From a virus: DNA of 33,342 nt. A program made the translations under genes and the position numbers. Numbering within the stretch: the stretch's first letter is position 1; each line of letters starts with the position of its first letter. Below are positions 15,175 to 25,043 of this stretch, piece by piece. Below the pieces are notes generated by a model that made no database searches, was not told the DNA's origin, and was given only the letters and a program-made list of their open reading frames with translations. The stretch spans positions 1 through 33,342 of the IMG/VR virus record IMGVR_UViG_3300045988_104900; one strand, written 5' to 3'.

Positions 15175-16157
15175 ATGGCTAGCTTCGGAGGATCAATAAA
15201 ATTAACAGGAGCAGACGAGTATAAAAGTGCTTTAAAGCAAATAACACAAAGTCTAAGAGAAACAGGATCAGAACTAACAGCAGTAGCTAGTAGATATGAT
15301 AAAAACGATAGTTCTTTATCTACATTAAAGGCTAAAACTACCGAAATGACAGGAGTATTAGCTAAACAAAATCAAGCCTACCAGCAATTAAAGAGTGCAT
15401 ATGATAGCTTTAGTGCTAAAGTAAGCCAACAAGCACAGGCACACGATAAACTAGTTCAAACATACGAAAAAGAAAAGCAAGAATTAGAAAATATTCGTAA
15501 GGCATCTGGAGAAAGTTCACAAGCCTTCCAAGATCAACAGGCTAAAGTAAACGACTTAGCAACCGCAGTAGCTAAAAGTTCTCAAAATATGAATGAGAAC
15601 GAGATAGCACTAAGTAAAATGAAGACACAATTAAATCAAGCGGAAGCATCAGTAAATAAAACAACTAAAGAAATAGACGAGCTAGGAAATGAAACAGAAG
15701 AAAGCGGAAAAAAAGCCGAAAAATCTGGAGAAGGATACACAGTATTTAAGAATATTTTAGCTAATTTAGGTACACAGGCTATTAATAGTGCTATAAATGG
15801 ACTAAAAAACTTAGGAAGTGCTTTCGTAGACGTAGGAAAACAGGCTTTAAATAGCTATGCTAACTACGAACAGCTAACAGGTGGAGTAGAAACTCTATTC
15901 GGAGAAAGTGCAAAAGTGGTAGAAGGCTATGCAAACGAGGCTTATAAGACAGCAGGACTAAGTGCTAACGAATATATGGAGACTGTTACTTCTTTTAGTG
16001 CATCAATGTTACAAAGTCTAGATAATGATACTCAAAAATCGGCAGAATACAGTAATAGAGCTATTATAGATATGTCAGATAACGCTAATAAAATGGGTAC
16101 TAGTATGGAAATGATCCAAAATGCCTATCAGGGCTTCGCTAAACAAAATTATACGAT
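15175..16157 (+). CDS. Tail tape measure protein, exon 1
   Basis: Coiled-coil N-terminus. Ends within the conserved ...IQNAYQGFAKQNYT motif. The unspliced frame hits TAG at 16174-16176. Confidence 0.75.
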
Positions 16158-17007
16158 AAATTTAATGTCGGCTTAGTTAGTGATAACTAGGTCAGCGTAT
16201 GTGAACTCTACCAGAGGTGTGGGAATAACGATAAAGTTTTTATAGGAAATGATAAATTAATATTCCTGCTAACTGGGGAAGCCTAAGTCTTAAAAAAAGA
16301 TATGGTTATCCAGTGCCAAGCCTAGAAATAGGAAGGTCAAACGACTATGAGTTCGTTACTCAGTACGGTATCTATTGGTACGATATCGGAAGTGCATACT
16401 ATCTCAAACAAAAATATCTATCTTGCAAAAGTTTCGGTAAGTGATATAATATTACTAGGAGGTAATATATGGAAACTTTTAAAAAGATAGAAGAATATCC
16501 TAATTACTCAGTAAGTAACTTAGGAAATATAAGAAATGATAAAACTGGAAGAATATTAAAACAATATACTAAGCCTAGCGGATACAAACAAGTACAATTA
16601 GGGCGTAATACAACGCCACAGTACGTACATAGGTTAGTATGTAAAGCATTTATACCTAATAAAGAAAATAAGCCACAAATAAACCACAAAAACGGTAATA
16701 AAGGCGACAATAACAAAGATAATCTAGAATGGGTAACAGCTAGAGAAAACGACTTAGCATACGGTTATACTTCTAGAGTAGAAAATAGAAAGAAAAAAAT
16801 AATAGCAATTAATAAAAATGGAGAAAAAATAATATTCAATTCCAGAAATGAAACAGCCGAATATTTTAAGTGTCATAAAAGCCAAATATCATACGGAAGA
16901 TATTACACTAAAGGAAATAAAAAAGGCTGGAAATTTGAGATAATGATATAGTCTAAACCCACTCCTAAACGAGTGTTAAAGTATCGTGAAAACGAGGGTA
17001 GAAATTG
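16158..17007 (+). mobile_element. Putative group I intron (850 nt) carrying an HNH homing-endonuclease ORF
   Basis: Interrupts a contiguous TMP motif. 5' exon ends in U16157, pairable as CGAU/GUCG (16154-57 with 16167-70). Intron ends in G17007. About 310 nt of stop-rich, hairpin-rich sequence precede the HEG. Confidence 0.65.
16469..16951 (+). CDS. Intron-encoded HNH homing endonuclease (NUMOD4 plus HNH_3)
   Basis: Own SD GGAGG 16458-62. IEEYPNYSVSNLGNIRN...HRLVCKAFIPNKENKPQINHKNGNKGDNNKDNLEW. Confidence 0.85.
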   Translation: METFKKIEEYPNYSVSNLGNIRNDKTGRILKQYTKPSGYKQVQLGRNTTPQYVHRLVCKAFIPNKENKPQINHKNGNKGDNNKDNLEWVTARENDLAYGYTSRVENRKKKIIAINKNGEKIIFNSRNETAEYFKCHKSQISYGRYYTKGNKKGWKFEIMI

Positions 17008-18445
17008 GTTAGATAATTTAAAATTAGGCTACGGTGGTACTAAAGGCGAAATGGAGCGACTAATAGCAGATGCAAATAAAGTAAAAGAAGCTAACGGAGA
17101 AATGGCTAACCTATCTATAGACAGTTTCGCAGACGTAACAGAAGCAATACATATAATTCAAACAGAAATGGGTATTACAGGTACAACTTCTAAAGAAGCA
17201 AGTACAACTATAGAAGGATCTGTAAAATCTATGAAGTCAGCATATCAGAACTTTTTAACAGGACTAGCTAACGGAAATGCAGATATGGGAAAATTAATGC
17301 AAAACTTAGTAGATAGTGTACTAACAGCAGGAAATAATATATTACCAGCAATAAACCAGATAGCACAAAGTATTATAGACGTATTACCACAAATATTAAA
17401 TAGTATTATAGAAGCACTACCACAGTTCTTAGAAGCAGGTACAAATATTTTAAATACTTTAATAACAGGTATTCAACAAAATATGCCAGCTATAATGCAA
17501 GCAGTATTAACTATAGTAACTACAATAATAAATACGATCCTACAAAACCTACCACAAATATTACAAATGGGTATCCAAGTAATAGTATCATTAATACAGG
17601 GAATAGCACAGCAATTACCTACATTAATACCACAAATGGTAGAGACAGTATTAACAATGGTAGAAACTTTAATAGATAATATAGATTTAATAATTGACGC
17701 TGGAATACAACTACTAATAGGACTAGCAGAAGGACTAATAGAGGCTTTACCACAGTTGATAGATAAAATACCTATCATAATAGATAAATTAGTAACAGCT
17801 ATCGTAAATAACTTACCTAAATTAATCGAAATGGGTATAACTTTAATAGTTAAACTTGCAGAAGGACTAATAAAAGCTATACCTCAATTAGTAAGTAAAA
17901 TACCTCAGATTATTAGTTCTTTAGTAAATGGAATTATAAGTTATTATGGAAAACTATTTAGTATAGGTGGAAATTTACTAAACAAAGTAAAAGACGGAAT
18001 AGTATCAGGAATAGGAAAACTAGCAGACGTAGGTAAAAACTTAGTACAGGGCTTATGGAATGGTATTAATAATGCTAAAGACTGGGTATTAGGTAAAATA
18101 AAAGGTTTCGGTAAATCTATCTTAAACGGAATTAAAGGAATATTCGGTATTCACTCACCTTCTACAGTATTTAGAGATCAAGTAGGAAAGAACTTAGCAC
18201 TAGGACTAGGTGAAGGTTTCGAGGACGAAATGAAAGAAGTTACTAACGAGATGCAAAACGCAATACCTACAAGTTTCGATACAGACGTAAACATAGGAAG
18301 TAATAATATTGCATCAGGAAGTAGCAATTATTATAGTATGGTAGATGCATTTAAAGAAGCACTAAGCGAAATGAAGATAGAACTAGACGACGAAGTAGCT
18401 GGACGCTTCGTAGAAACTACCGTAACAAACGCTATATATAACTAG
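17008..18445 (+). CDS. Tail tape measure protein, exon 2
   Basis: Resumes (M)LDNLKLGYGGTKGEMERL. Long hydrophobic-repeat region. at(16156-57)+g(17008) makes ATG and keeps the frame. The spliced product would be 806 aa. Confidence 0.75.
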
Positions 18446-18456
18446 GAGGTGGTAAA

Positions 18457-19170
18457 ATGAGAGATTATATAATATTAAACGGAGTAAACTCTAATACAAT
18501 AACAGGACTACTAATATCTAAACTACCACCTATTACAAAACCTAAACAAAGGACACAAATAGAAGAAATAGACGGTAGAGACGGAGATATAGTAACTAAA
18601 CTAGGATACTCAGCATACGACAAAGAAATAGAAATAGGACTATATGGAGACTTTGATATAGACGATGTTATGACTTTCTTTAATGGAGAAGGTACGGTAA
18701 CTTTTTCAAATGAAGAAGACAAATATTATAACTATCAAATACTAGATCAGATAGACTACGAAAAATTAATCAGATTTAAGACAGCTAAAGTAAAAATGCA
18801 CGTGCAACCATTCAAATACTCAGCAGTAGAAGGAACACGTACATTTACAATAAGTAGCGAAGAAGAAATAACAATAAATAATAGTGGTAACTATGTATCT
18901 AAGCCAGTAGTAACAATAAACGGCACAGGAACGATAAACTTAGAAGTAAACGGATATGAAGTATTAGTAATTAATCTAGGAGACAGTGCAAATACAGTCA
19001 CAATAGATACGGCTAATATGGAAGCATATAATCAAAATACAGGCCAGCTAATGAATAGAGACGTAACAGGAGACTACGATAACTTATATTTAAACGCAGG
19101 AAAAAATATTATTTCGTGGACTGGAACTATAACACAGATCCAGATAACAAACTATTCTAGGTGGCTATAG
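18457..19170 (+). CDS. Distal tail protein (Dit, Sipho_tail-like)
   Basis: Position after TMP. YIILNGVNS...IDGRDGD... pattern. Confidence 0.65.
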   Translation: MRDYIILNGVNSNTITGLLISKLPPITKPKQRTQIEEIDGRDGDIVTKLGYSAYDKEIEIGLYGDFDIDDVMTFFNGEGTVTFSNEEDKYYNYQILDQIDYEKLIRFKTAKVKMHVQPFKYSAVEGTRTFTISSEEEITINNSGNYVSKPVVTINGTGTINLEVNGYEVLVINLGDSANTVTIDTANMEAYNQNTGQLMNRDVTGDYDNLYLNAGKNIISWTGTITQIQITNYSRWL

Positions 19171-19183
19171 AGGAGGTAATAGA

Positions 19184-19516
19184 ATGAATACAAACTTATT
19201 TATGGTACGAGGCGATACGTTTAGATTTAATCTAGAAATAGAAGGACTAGAAGGAGACTTAACAAACGCTTATTTTTCGTGCAAAAAGAATAAAGACGAT
19301 ACAGAATATTTATTTCAAAAGTCTTTAGGTGACGGAATAACAAAAAAAGAAGATACAGATACCAGTAAAATATATGAAGTAGTAGTAGCTCCAGAAGATA
19401 CAGAAGACGCAGAAGACGGCAACTATTTTTATGATTTACAGATCCAAGTAGGCGAAGACGTATTCACACCATTATTAGCAATTTTAAAAATAGAAAAAGA
19501 CGTAACGAGGGAGTGA
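19184..19516 (+). CDS. Hypothetical tail/baseplate-associated protein
   Basis: Strong SD GAGGAGG. Ends TGA-TAA. Function unknown. Confidence 0.6.
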   Translation: MNTNLFMVRGDTFRFNLEIEGLEGDLTNAYFSCKKNKDDTEYLFQKSLGDGITKKEDTDTSKIYEVVVAPEDTEDAEDGNYFYDLQIQVGEDVFTPLLAILKIEKDVTRE

Positions 19517-19520
19517 TAAC

Positions 19521-20804
19521 GTGACTTGTAAATATAAAGTAAAAATAAAAGATATCCAGTATAACTACAAAGTACAAATGACGGATATCCAAAGTAAATA
19601 TAAGTTTAAAGTTTTTTGTACTGGCTATGACGATAGCGAAATAAAAGAAAAAATAGATACAATGTACGAAGCGTGGCCTAAAGCATCAGGAGAAGGAGAA
19701 ACATTTACACTAGATAATACAATACAAGCTCCTATAAAAGTAAATTTAAAAGGTAATACTTACCAAAAAACTACTACTGGGAAGAATATGTTTGATATAA
19801 GTAAAGTAATAACTTCTAATCGTGTAGTAAATAATGGAGATGGAACATTAACGATAACAACTCCTAGTGGCTCTTCTGCAAGTAGTGCTTCAACACCAAA
19901 TAAATTAAGTGATTATTGTCCTACATTACAAGTAGGAGATACTGTTTATATTAATGCAACAACAGCAGGAACTGATAAACAAATATATTTAGGCACATCT
20001 TCATTTTTTTGGCAATTTGGAACACAAAGAACAATAACTCAAAATGATTTAGATAGTATAGTGTATTGGTATGCAAGTGGAATTAGTACAACTGCAACAA
20101 TATCAGATATTATGATTTCAACAAGTGGAGGAGACTACGAACCATACACAAATGGTGCTTCACCAAACCCTGACTTCCCACAAGATATTCATGTTGTTAG
20201 TGGAGAAAATACAATTATGATAGCTAACGAAGATAGTTCAGAAAGTCAAAACTATACTATAGACTTAGGAGATATAGAACTATGTAAAATCGGAGACTAT
20301 CAGGACTATTTTTATAAAGATAATGGTAAGTGGTATTTACATAAAGAGATAGGTAAAGTCGTTTATGATGGTTCTGGCGATGAAGATTGGCGCTATTCTC
20401 AAAGTAATGCCCCATACAGAATTTCAATAAACAATATTGATGATATTAAATCTAGTACAGTGCCTATTTTATATTGTAATTATTACATTCCTGTTAGCTG
20501 GAGTGATACGTGGACAAATTATGAATATTTAGTATCGGGTTATATCAAAAACATAGCATTTAGAAATATAAATATAACTTCGTTAGAAGATTGGAAGTCT
20601 TGGCTAGGAACACATAACACAATAGTATATTATGTACTAGCAACACCAACCTACACAGAAATAACAGACACTACGTTATTAAGTCAACTAGAAGCATTAA
20701 AAGAAGCAGAAAGCTACTCAGGACAGACTAATATATCACAAACTAACGACGATAAGCCATTTATACTAACAGTAAAGGCATTAAAAGACTTATCTAATTT
20801 ATAG
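19521..20804 (+). CDS. Hypothetical tail protein with a compositionally distinct central segment
   Basis: GTG after GAGGGAG. 427 aa. Central part (about 19790-20640) uses T-ending codons, unlike its flanks. Confidence 0.6.
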   Translation: MTCKYKVKIKDIQYNYKVQMTDIQSKYKFKVFCTGYDDSEIKEKIDTMYEAWPKASGEGETFTLDNTIQAPIKVNLKGNTYQKTTTGKNMFDISKVITSNRVVNNGDGTLTITTPSGSSASSASTPNKLSDYCPTLQVGDTVYINATTAGTDKQIYLGTSSFFWQFGTQRTITQNDLDSIVYWYASGISTTATISDIMISTSGGDYEPYTNGASPNPDFPQDIHVVSGENTIMIANEDSSESQNYTIDLGDIELCKIGDYQDYFYKDNGKWYLHKEIGKVVYDGSGDEDWRYSQSNAPYRISINNIDDIKSSTVPILYCNYYIPVSWSDTWTNYEYLVSGYIKNIAFRNINITSLEDWKSWLGTHNTIVYYVLATPTYTEITDTTLLSQLEALKEAESYSGQTNISQTNDDKPFILTVKALKDLSNL

Positions 20805-20814
20805 GAGGTAAAAT

Positions 20815-22518
20815 ATGATTAAACTATTTGACGCTACAGACAAGATATATAATTCAAATGGTAATAAAATTATTCTACCTACAAAAGCAAAAGTACATAA
20901 AGAAGATAACGGAGACTTCTATATTAACGTAGAAGCTCCGCTTTCTTATATTGACGACTTAGTACCTAATAATATCTTAGTAGCTAATACACCACAGGGA
21001 GACCAGCCTTTTAGGATAACAAACGTAGAGAATACCAGAACAAAGATAAAAGTAAAAGCATATCACGTATTCTATGATAGTAAAAACTATCTAATACAAG
21101 ATAGCTACGTAGTAGATAAAAACTGTAATGATGCACTAGACCATTTAAACAATTCTACAGATAATACAAGCCCTTTTACTACGATATCAGACATAACTAA
21201 GATAGCAAGTTATAGATGCGTTAGAAAAAGCCTATATGAAGCTATACAAGTGCTATTAGAACGTTGCGGAGGGCATTTAACTAGGGATAACTGGACTATA
21301 GGCATCAGAGCAAGCATAGGACAGGATAACGGAGTAACTATTCGCTATGGAAAAAACTTAAAAGATATTAAAGCTACATATAACTGGGATAACGTTTGTA
21401 CTAAATTGCTTCCAGTAGGAAAAGACGGACTTTTACTAAACGCTACTGATCCGACAGCATCAGTATATTTACAAAGTACTACACAGTACGAGATACCATA
21501 TACAAAAACAGTATCATTCGACCAGAGTAATATAGTAGAAGACGACTATAAGGACGAAGAAACAGGAGAACTGGACGAAGACGCTTATAAGCAAGCACTA
21601 GTAAACGAGCTAGCAGAAAAAGGACAAAACTACTTAGCTACTAACTCTATACCAGTAGTAAATTACACACTATCCGCAAACGTGGAGAAAATATCTGATA
21701 TAGGAGATACTATCGAAGTAGTAGACGAGAAGCTAGGAATAAATATAACTACTAATATTATTAGTTTCGAATACGACTGTATTTTAGATAAATACACACA
21801 AATAGAGTTCGGAAACTTTACACCTACTTTATCTGGGCTTATGAATAGTATTACAAGCCAGACACAGCAAATAGTAGACGAAAGTACCGCAACCCTACAA
21901 ATAACACTAGGACAAGAACTACAAGATGCAACTAATCAGATCTGGAATGCACTAGGTAATAGTTATGTTATTTATGAAGGAGACAAGATACTAGTAGTAG
22001 ATAGTTTACCTAAAGAAACAGCTAGAAACGTAATAATGATAAATAACGGAGGTATAGCCTTCGGGCAAAACGGAATAAATGGAACTTTTAATAGTGCATG
22101 GACTATAGATAACGTTTTAAATATGGAGCAAATAAACGTAATTAACTTAACAGCAGACTTAATTAAAGGTGGAACACTTAAATTAGGTAATAATTTAAAT
22201 CAAAACGGACAGCTAGAAGTATACGACGAGGCTAATTCTTTAATAGCTCAGTTGAATAAAGACGGCTTAAAAATGTACGGAGTAGACGGATCGTATATTT
22301 TAATGAATAATACCGTAGGCTTCTCAGGATATGATAGGCTAGGTAATCAGATATACTGGGTAAGTAAAGACGAGTTTCACCAGAAGAAAAGTGTAATAGA
22401 AGAAGAAATAACTTTATGTAATAAAATGAGATTTATACCTATTACGATAACAGATAGCAATAATAACGTAGTAAATGACGGAATAGGACTAGTATCAGTA
22501 GCAGGAGGTGGTAACTAA
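20815..22518 (+). CDS. Tail-associated (Tal-like) minor structural protein
   Basis: N-terminus MIKLFDATDKIYNSNGNKIILPTKAKVHKEDNGDFYINVEAP typical of 'phage minor structural protein, N-terminal region' (recollection). Confidence 0.7.
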   Translation: MIKLFDATDKIYNSNGNKIILPTKAKVHKEDNGDFYINVEAPLSYIDDLVPNNILVANTPQGDQPFRITNVENTRTKIKVKAYHVFYDSKNYLIQDSYVVDKNCNDALDHLNNSTDNTSPFTTISDITKIASYRCVRKSLYEAIQVLLERCGGHLTRDNWTIGIRASIGQDNGVTIRYGKNLKDIKATYNWDNVCTKLLPVGKDGLLLNATDPTASVYLQSTTQYEIPYTKTVSFDQSNIVEDDYKDEETGELDEDAYKQALVNELAEKGQNYLATNSIPVVNYTLSANVEKISDIGDTIEVVDEKLGINITTNIISFEYDCILDKYTQIEFGNFTPTLSGLMNSITSQTQQIVDESTATLQITLGQELQDATNQIWNALGNSYVIYEGDKILVVDSLPKETARNVIMINNGGIAFGQNGINGTFNSAWTIDNVLNMEQINVINLTADLIKGGTLKLGNNLNQNGQLEVYDEANSLIAQLNKDGLKMYGVDGSYILMNNTVGFSGYDRLGNQIYWVSKDEFHQKKSVIEEEITLCNKMRFIPITITDSNNNVVNDGIGLVSVAGGGN

Positions 22519-24572
22519 TGGCGAGTGCTTCTAATTCAAAAACTTTATATAATAACAACGGAAACGGCTTTACATTAACGGCCAGTTTTAACGAAAATAG
22601 TACAAGTACAGCTAATAATACTTCTAATATCACTTGTACGGCTACTTTTTCTTCTAGTAATGCAAACTGGCAGACTGGATATCCTTCTACTTTAACTATT
22701 TACTGGCACGATAACAGAGAAAATTACGATAGACAAGTAGCTAGCATAAACTTTTCAGGTATAGGACAATGGGACAGTAGAACAGCATCAGGAACAATTA
22801 ACGTAACACACAAAGACGACGGAACATTATCAGGATATGCTTACGCTTATTTTAGCAAAGGAAGTACTACTACAAGCTGGGCTTGTAATAGTGGTGGAGT
22901 TACTACAAGCTGGACGGCACTAACTACAATAGCCAGAGCAAGCCAACCTTCTATAAATACGTGGCCTCAAAACAGCCCAGACTTTAATATAGGTGATACA
23001 ATAACTATTCATATGAATAGAAAAAGTACAGCATTTACCCACACAGTAACGCTATACTTCGGAAACTATTCATATCAGATAGCAACGGGAGTAACTGATA
23101 ACTGTAAACTAAATACTTCTACAATAGCAAACAAACTATATCAGCAAATACCAAACGCAAGCGTAGGAGAAGGAAACATTACAGTAAAAACCTACAATGG
23201 ATCTACTCTAGTAGGTACTAAAAGCTGTCTATTTTACGCCCACGTAGTAAACTCAAACCCTACGTTTAATACGTCGTATTTAGATACTAATTCAACTACT
23301 ACGGCTATTACAGGCAATAATCAGCAAATTATAAGAAATAATAGTACGCTACAGGTAAAAGTAACGAGTGCAAGTGCTAAAAACTACGCTACACTAAATA
23401 AGGCAACCTGTGTAATAAACGGAACTACTTATAACGCTAGTTTTAGTGGATCAAACGCTACATTTAATATAGGAAAACTAAACGTATCTTCTAATACTAC
23501 AGCAAAAGTAACAGTAATAGATAGTAGAGGAATATCTACAAGTAAAACTCTGACTATAACCGTACTAGACTGGGTACTACCAACGGCTATTATAAGTCTA
23601 CAAAGACAAAATAACTTTTATAGTGAAACAGATATAAACGTAAATGCAGAATATTCTAACTTAGACAATAAAAACACTATAACTATCAAAATCAGAGAAA
23701 AAAAGACAAGTGATAGCACTTATGGAAGTTATACAACTTTACAGGACAACGTAACAACCACTTTAACCCTAGATAATACTTATGCATGGGACGTACAAGT
23801 ATTATTACAAGACAAGCTAGGAAGCACGACATATAATTTAACAATAGACAGAGGTATTCCGATTGCATTTTTTGATAGATTAAAAAGAAGTTTAGGTATT
23901 AATTGTTTTCCAGACGATCAAGAAAGCCTAGAAGTAGACGGGGATAACATTTTAACCAGAATAGCAGGCTATGGAACGACTTGTAAAAGAGCAACTACTA
24001 ACGACTGGAATACAGCGTGTGGAGAAGCATCAGGCTTTTATATGGGAGCAGATATGAATAATAGCCCGAATGGATCTACCGTAGCTGGCTGGTGGTGGGT
24101 AATACACTTAGCACACAATAACCTATATCAAAGACAGATAGCTTTTTCATTTTTAAACAATTCACAAATGTTTACTAGAATAATGAATAACGGAACGTGG
24201 AATAACTGGACTTTAGTTAATCAGGCTATGGTAACAGCAGATAGCAACGCAGTAGCAACAGGAAGGTACGTAGACGGTAAGCCAGAGTATGTTAAAAGAA
24301 TAACAACAAGCATAGCTTCTAGCACTAATAAAGCGGTATCAACTGGCTTAACAGCAGGGACACACGAAATAACAGATTTAAAAGGGTATATTACTAATAA
24401 TTCGGCAACGGGAATAAAAGTAAAAGACGGTTTTTACTCTGGATCAGGCAATTCTTTTATGATACACGTAATCGGCGGTACTAATATTCAAGTAATTACA
24501 GGAAGTAATACTAGCTGGATAACGGCTGACGACGTATGTATTTTAGAAGTTTATTATATAAATATTAGTTAA
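22518..24572 (+). CDS. Putative tail fibre / receptor-binding protein
   Basis: 684 aa, Ser/Thr/Asn-rich, last large structural gene. N-terminus reminiscent of siphovirus DUF859 proteins (recollection). Confidence 0.5.
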   Translation: MASASNSKTLYNNNGNGFTLTASFNENSTSTANNTSNITCTATFSSSNANWQTGYPSTLTIYWHDNRENYDRQVASINFSGIGQWDSRTASGTINVTHKDDGTLSGYAYAYFSKGSTTTSWACNSGGVTTSWTALTTIARASQPSINTWPQNSPDFNIGDTITIHMNRKSTAFTHTVTLYFGNYSYQIATGVTDNCKLNTSTIANKLYQQIPNASVGEGNITVKTYNGSTLVGTKSCLFYAHVVNSNPTFNTSYLDTNSTTTAITGNNQQIIRNNSTLQVKVTSASAKNYATLNKATCVINGTTYNASFSGSNATFNIGKLNVSSNTTAKVTVIDSRGISTSKTLTITVLDWVLPTAIISLQRQNNFYSETDINVNAEYSNLDNKNTITIKIREKKTSDSTYGSYTTLQDNVTTTLTLDNTYAWDVQVLLQDKLGSTTYNLTIDRGIPIAFFDRLKRSLGINCFPDDQESLEVDGDNILTRIAGYGTTCKRATTNDWNTACGEASGFYMGADMNNSPNGSTVAGWWWVIHLAHNNLYQRQIAFSFLNNSQMFTRIMNNGTWNNWTLVNQAMVTADSNAVATGRYVDGKPEYVKRITTSIASSTNKAVSTGLTAGTHEITDLKGYITNNSATGIKVKDGFYSGSGNSFMIHVIGGTNIQVITGSNTSWITADDVCILEVYYINIS

Positions 24573-24588
24573 TAAGAAGGGAGGAACA

Positions 24589-24873
24589 ATGCAAAACATA
24601 ATAATAGCTATCATAACAGTTTTAATACCTTCACTTACTACAATATATACAAATAAAATAACAAAAAAAGAAAATAGAATGCATAATGCAAAACAAAGTA
24701 TTTTTCAATTAATTTTAGAAGATCACGTAAGAGTATCCGAAGGAAAACTACCAGAAAACTATCAAGAAGTATGCAAAGAGTTTGATATATATACGAAAAA
24801 TAGCGGTAACTCATACGTAAAAAAGAAAGTAAATGACTATTATAACTGGTACGATAAAATAAAAAGAGACTAG
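24589..24873 (+). CDS. Hypothetical N-terminally membrane-anchored protein (moron-like position)
   Basis: SD GGGAGGA. TM segment IIIAIITVLIPSLTTIY. Lies between the tail genes and the integrase. Confidence 0.6.
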   Translation: MQNIIIAIITVLIPSLTTIYTNKITKKENRMHNAKQSIFQLILEDHVRVSEGKLPENYQEVCKEFDIYTKNSGNSYVKKKVNDYYNWYDKIKRD

Positions 24874-24980
24874 GTGGTAAGTCTAGTCTCAGTCAGGAAG
24901 TTATTAAAGAAAGAGTATTTTATAATGAGAGGTGCGTACGCAGTAATAGTATTCACTAATCAGAAATAAATAATACAAAC

Positions 24981-25010
24981 AGGCTAGGATATTCCTAGCT
25001 TCTTTTTTTT
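24981..25010 (+). terminator. Rho-independent terminator ending the late operon
   Basis: gctagga-tat-tcctagc followed by a T-rich run (ttcTTTTTTTT). Confidence 0.7.
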
Positions 25011-25043
25011 ACTAACATATACAAGCCATTCGGATAAAATAAG

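Noticed and set aside
16973-17007. 5' extension of the second TMP ORF (MLKYRENEGRNW...) given by the ORF track
   Set aside because: It has no SD, and the sequence is the 3' end of the proposed intron. The conserved TMP motif starts only at LDNLKLGYGG.
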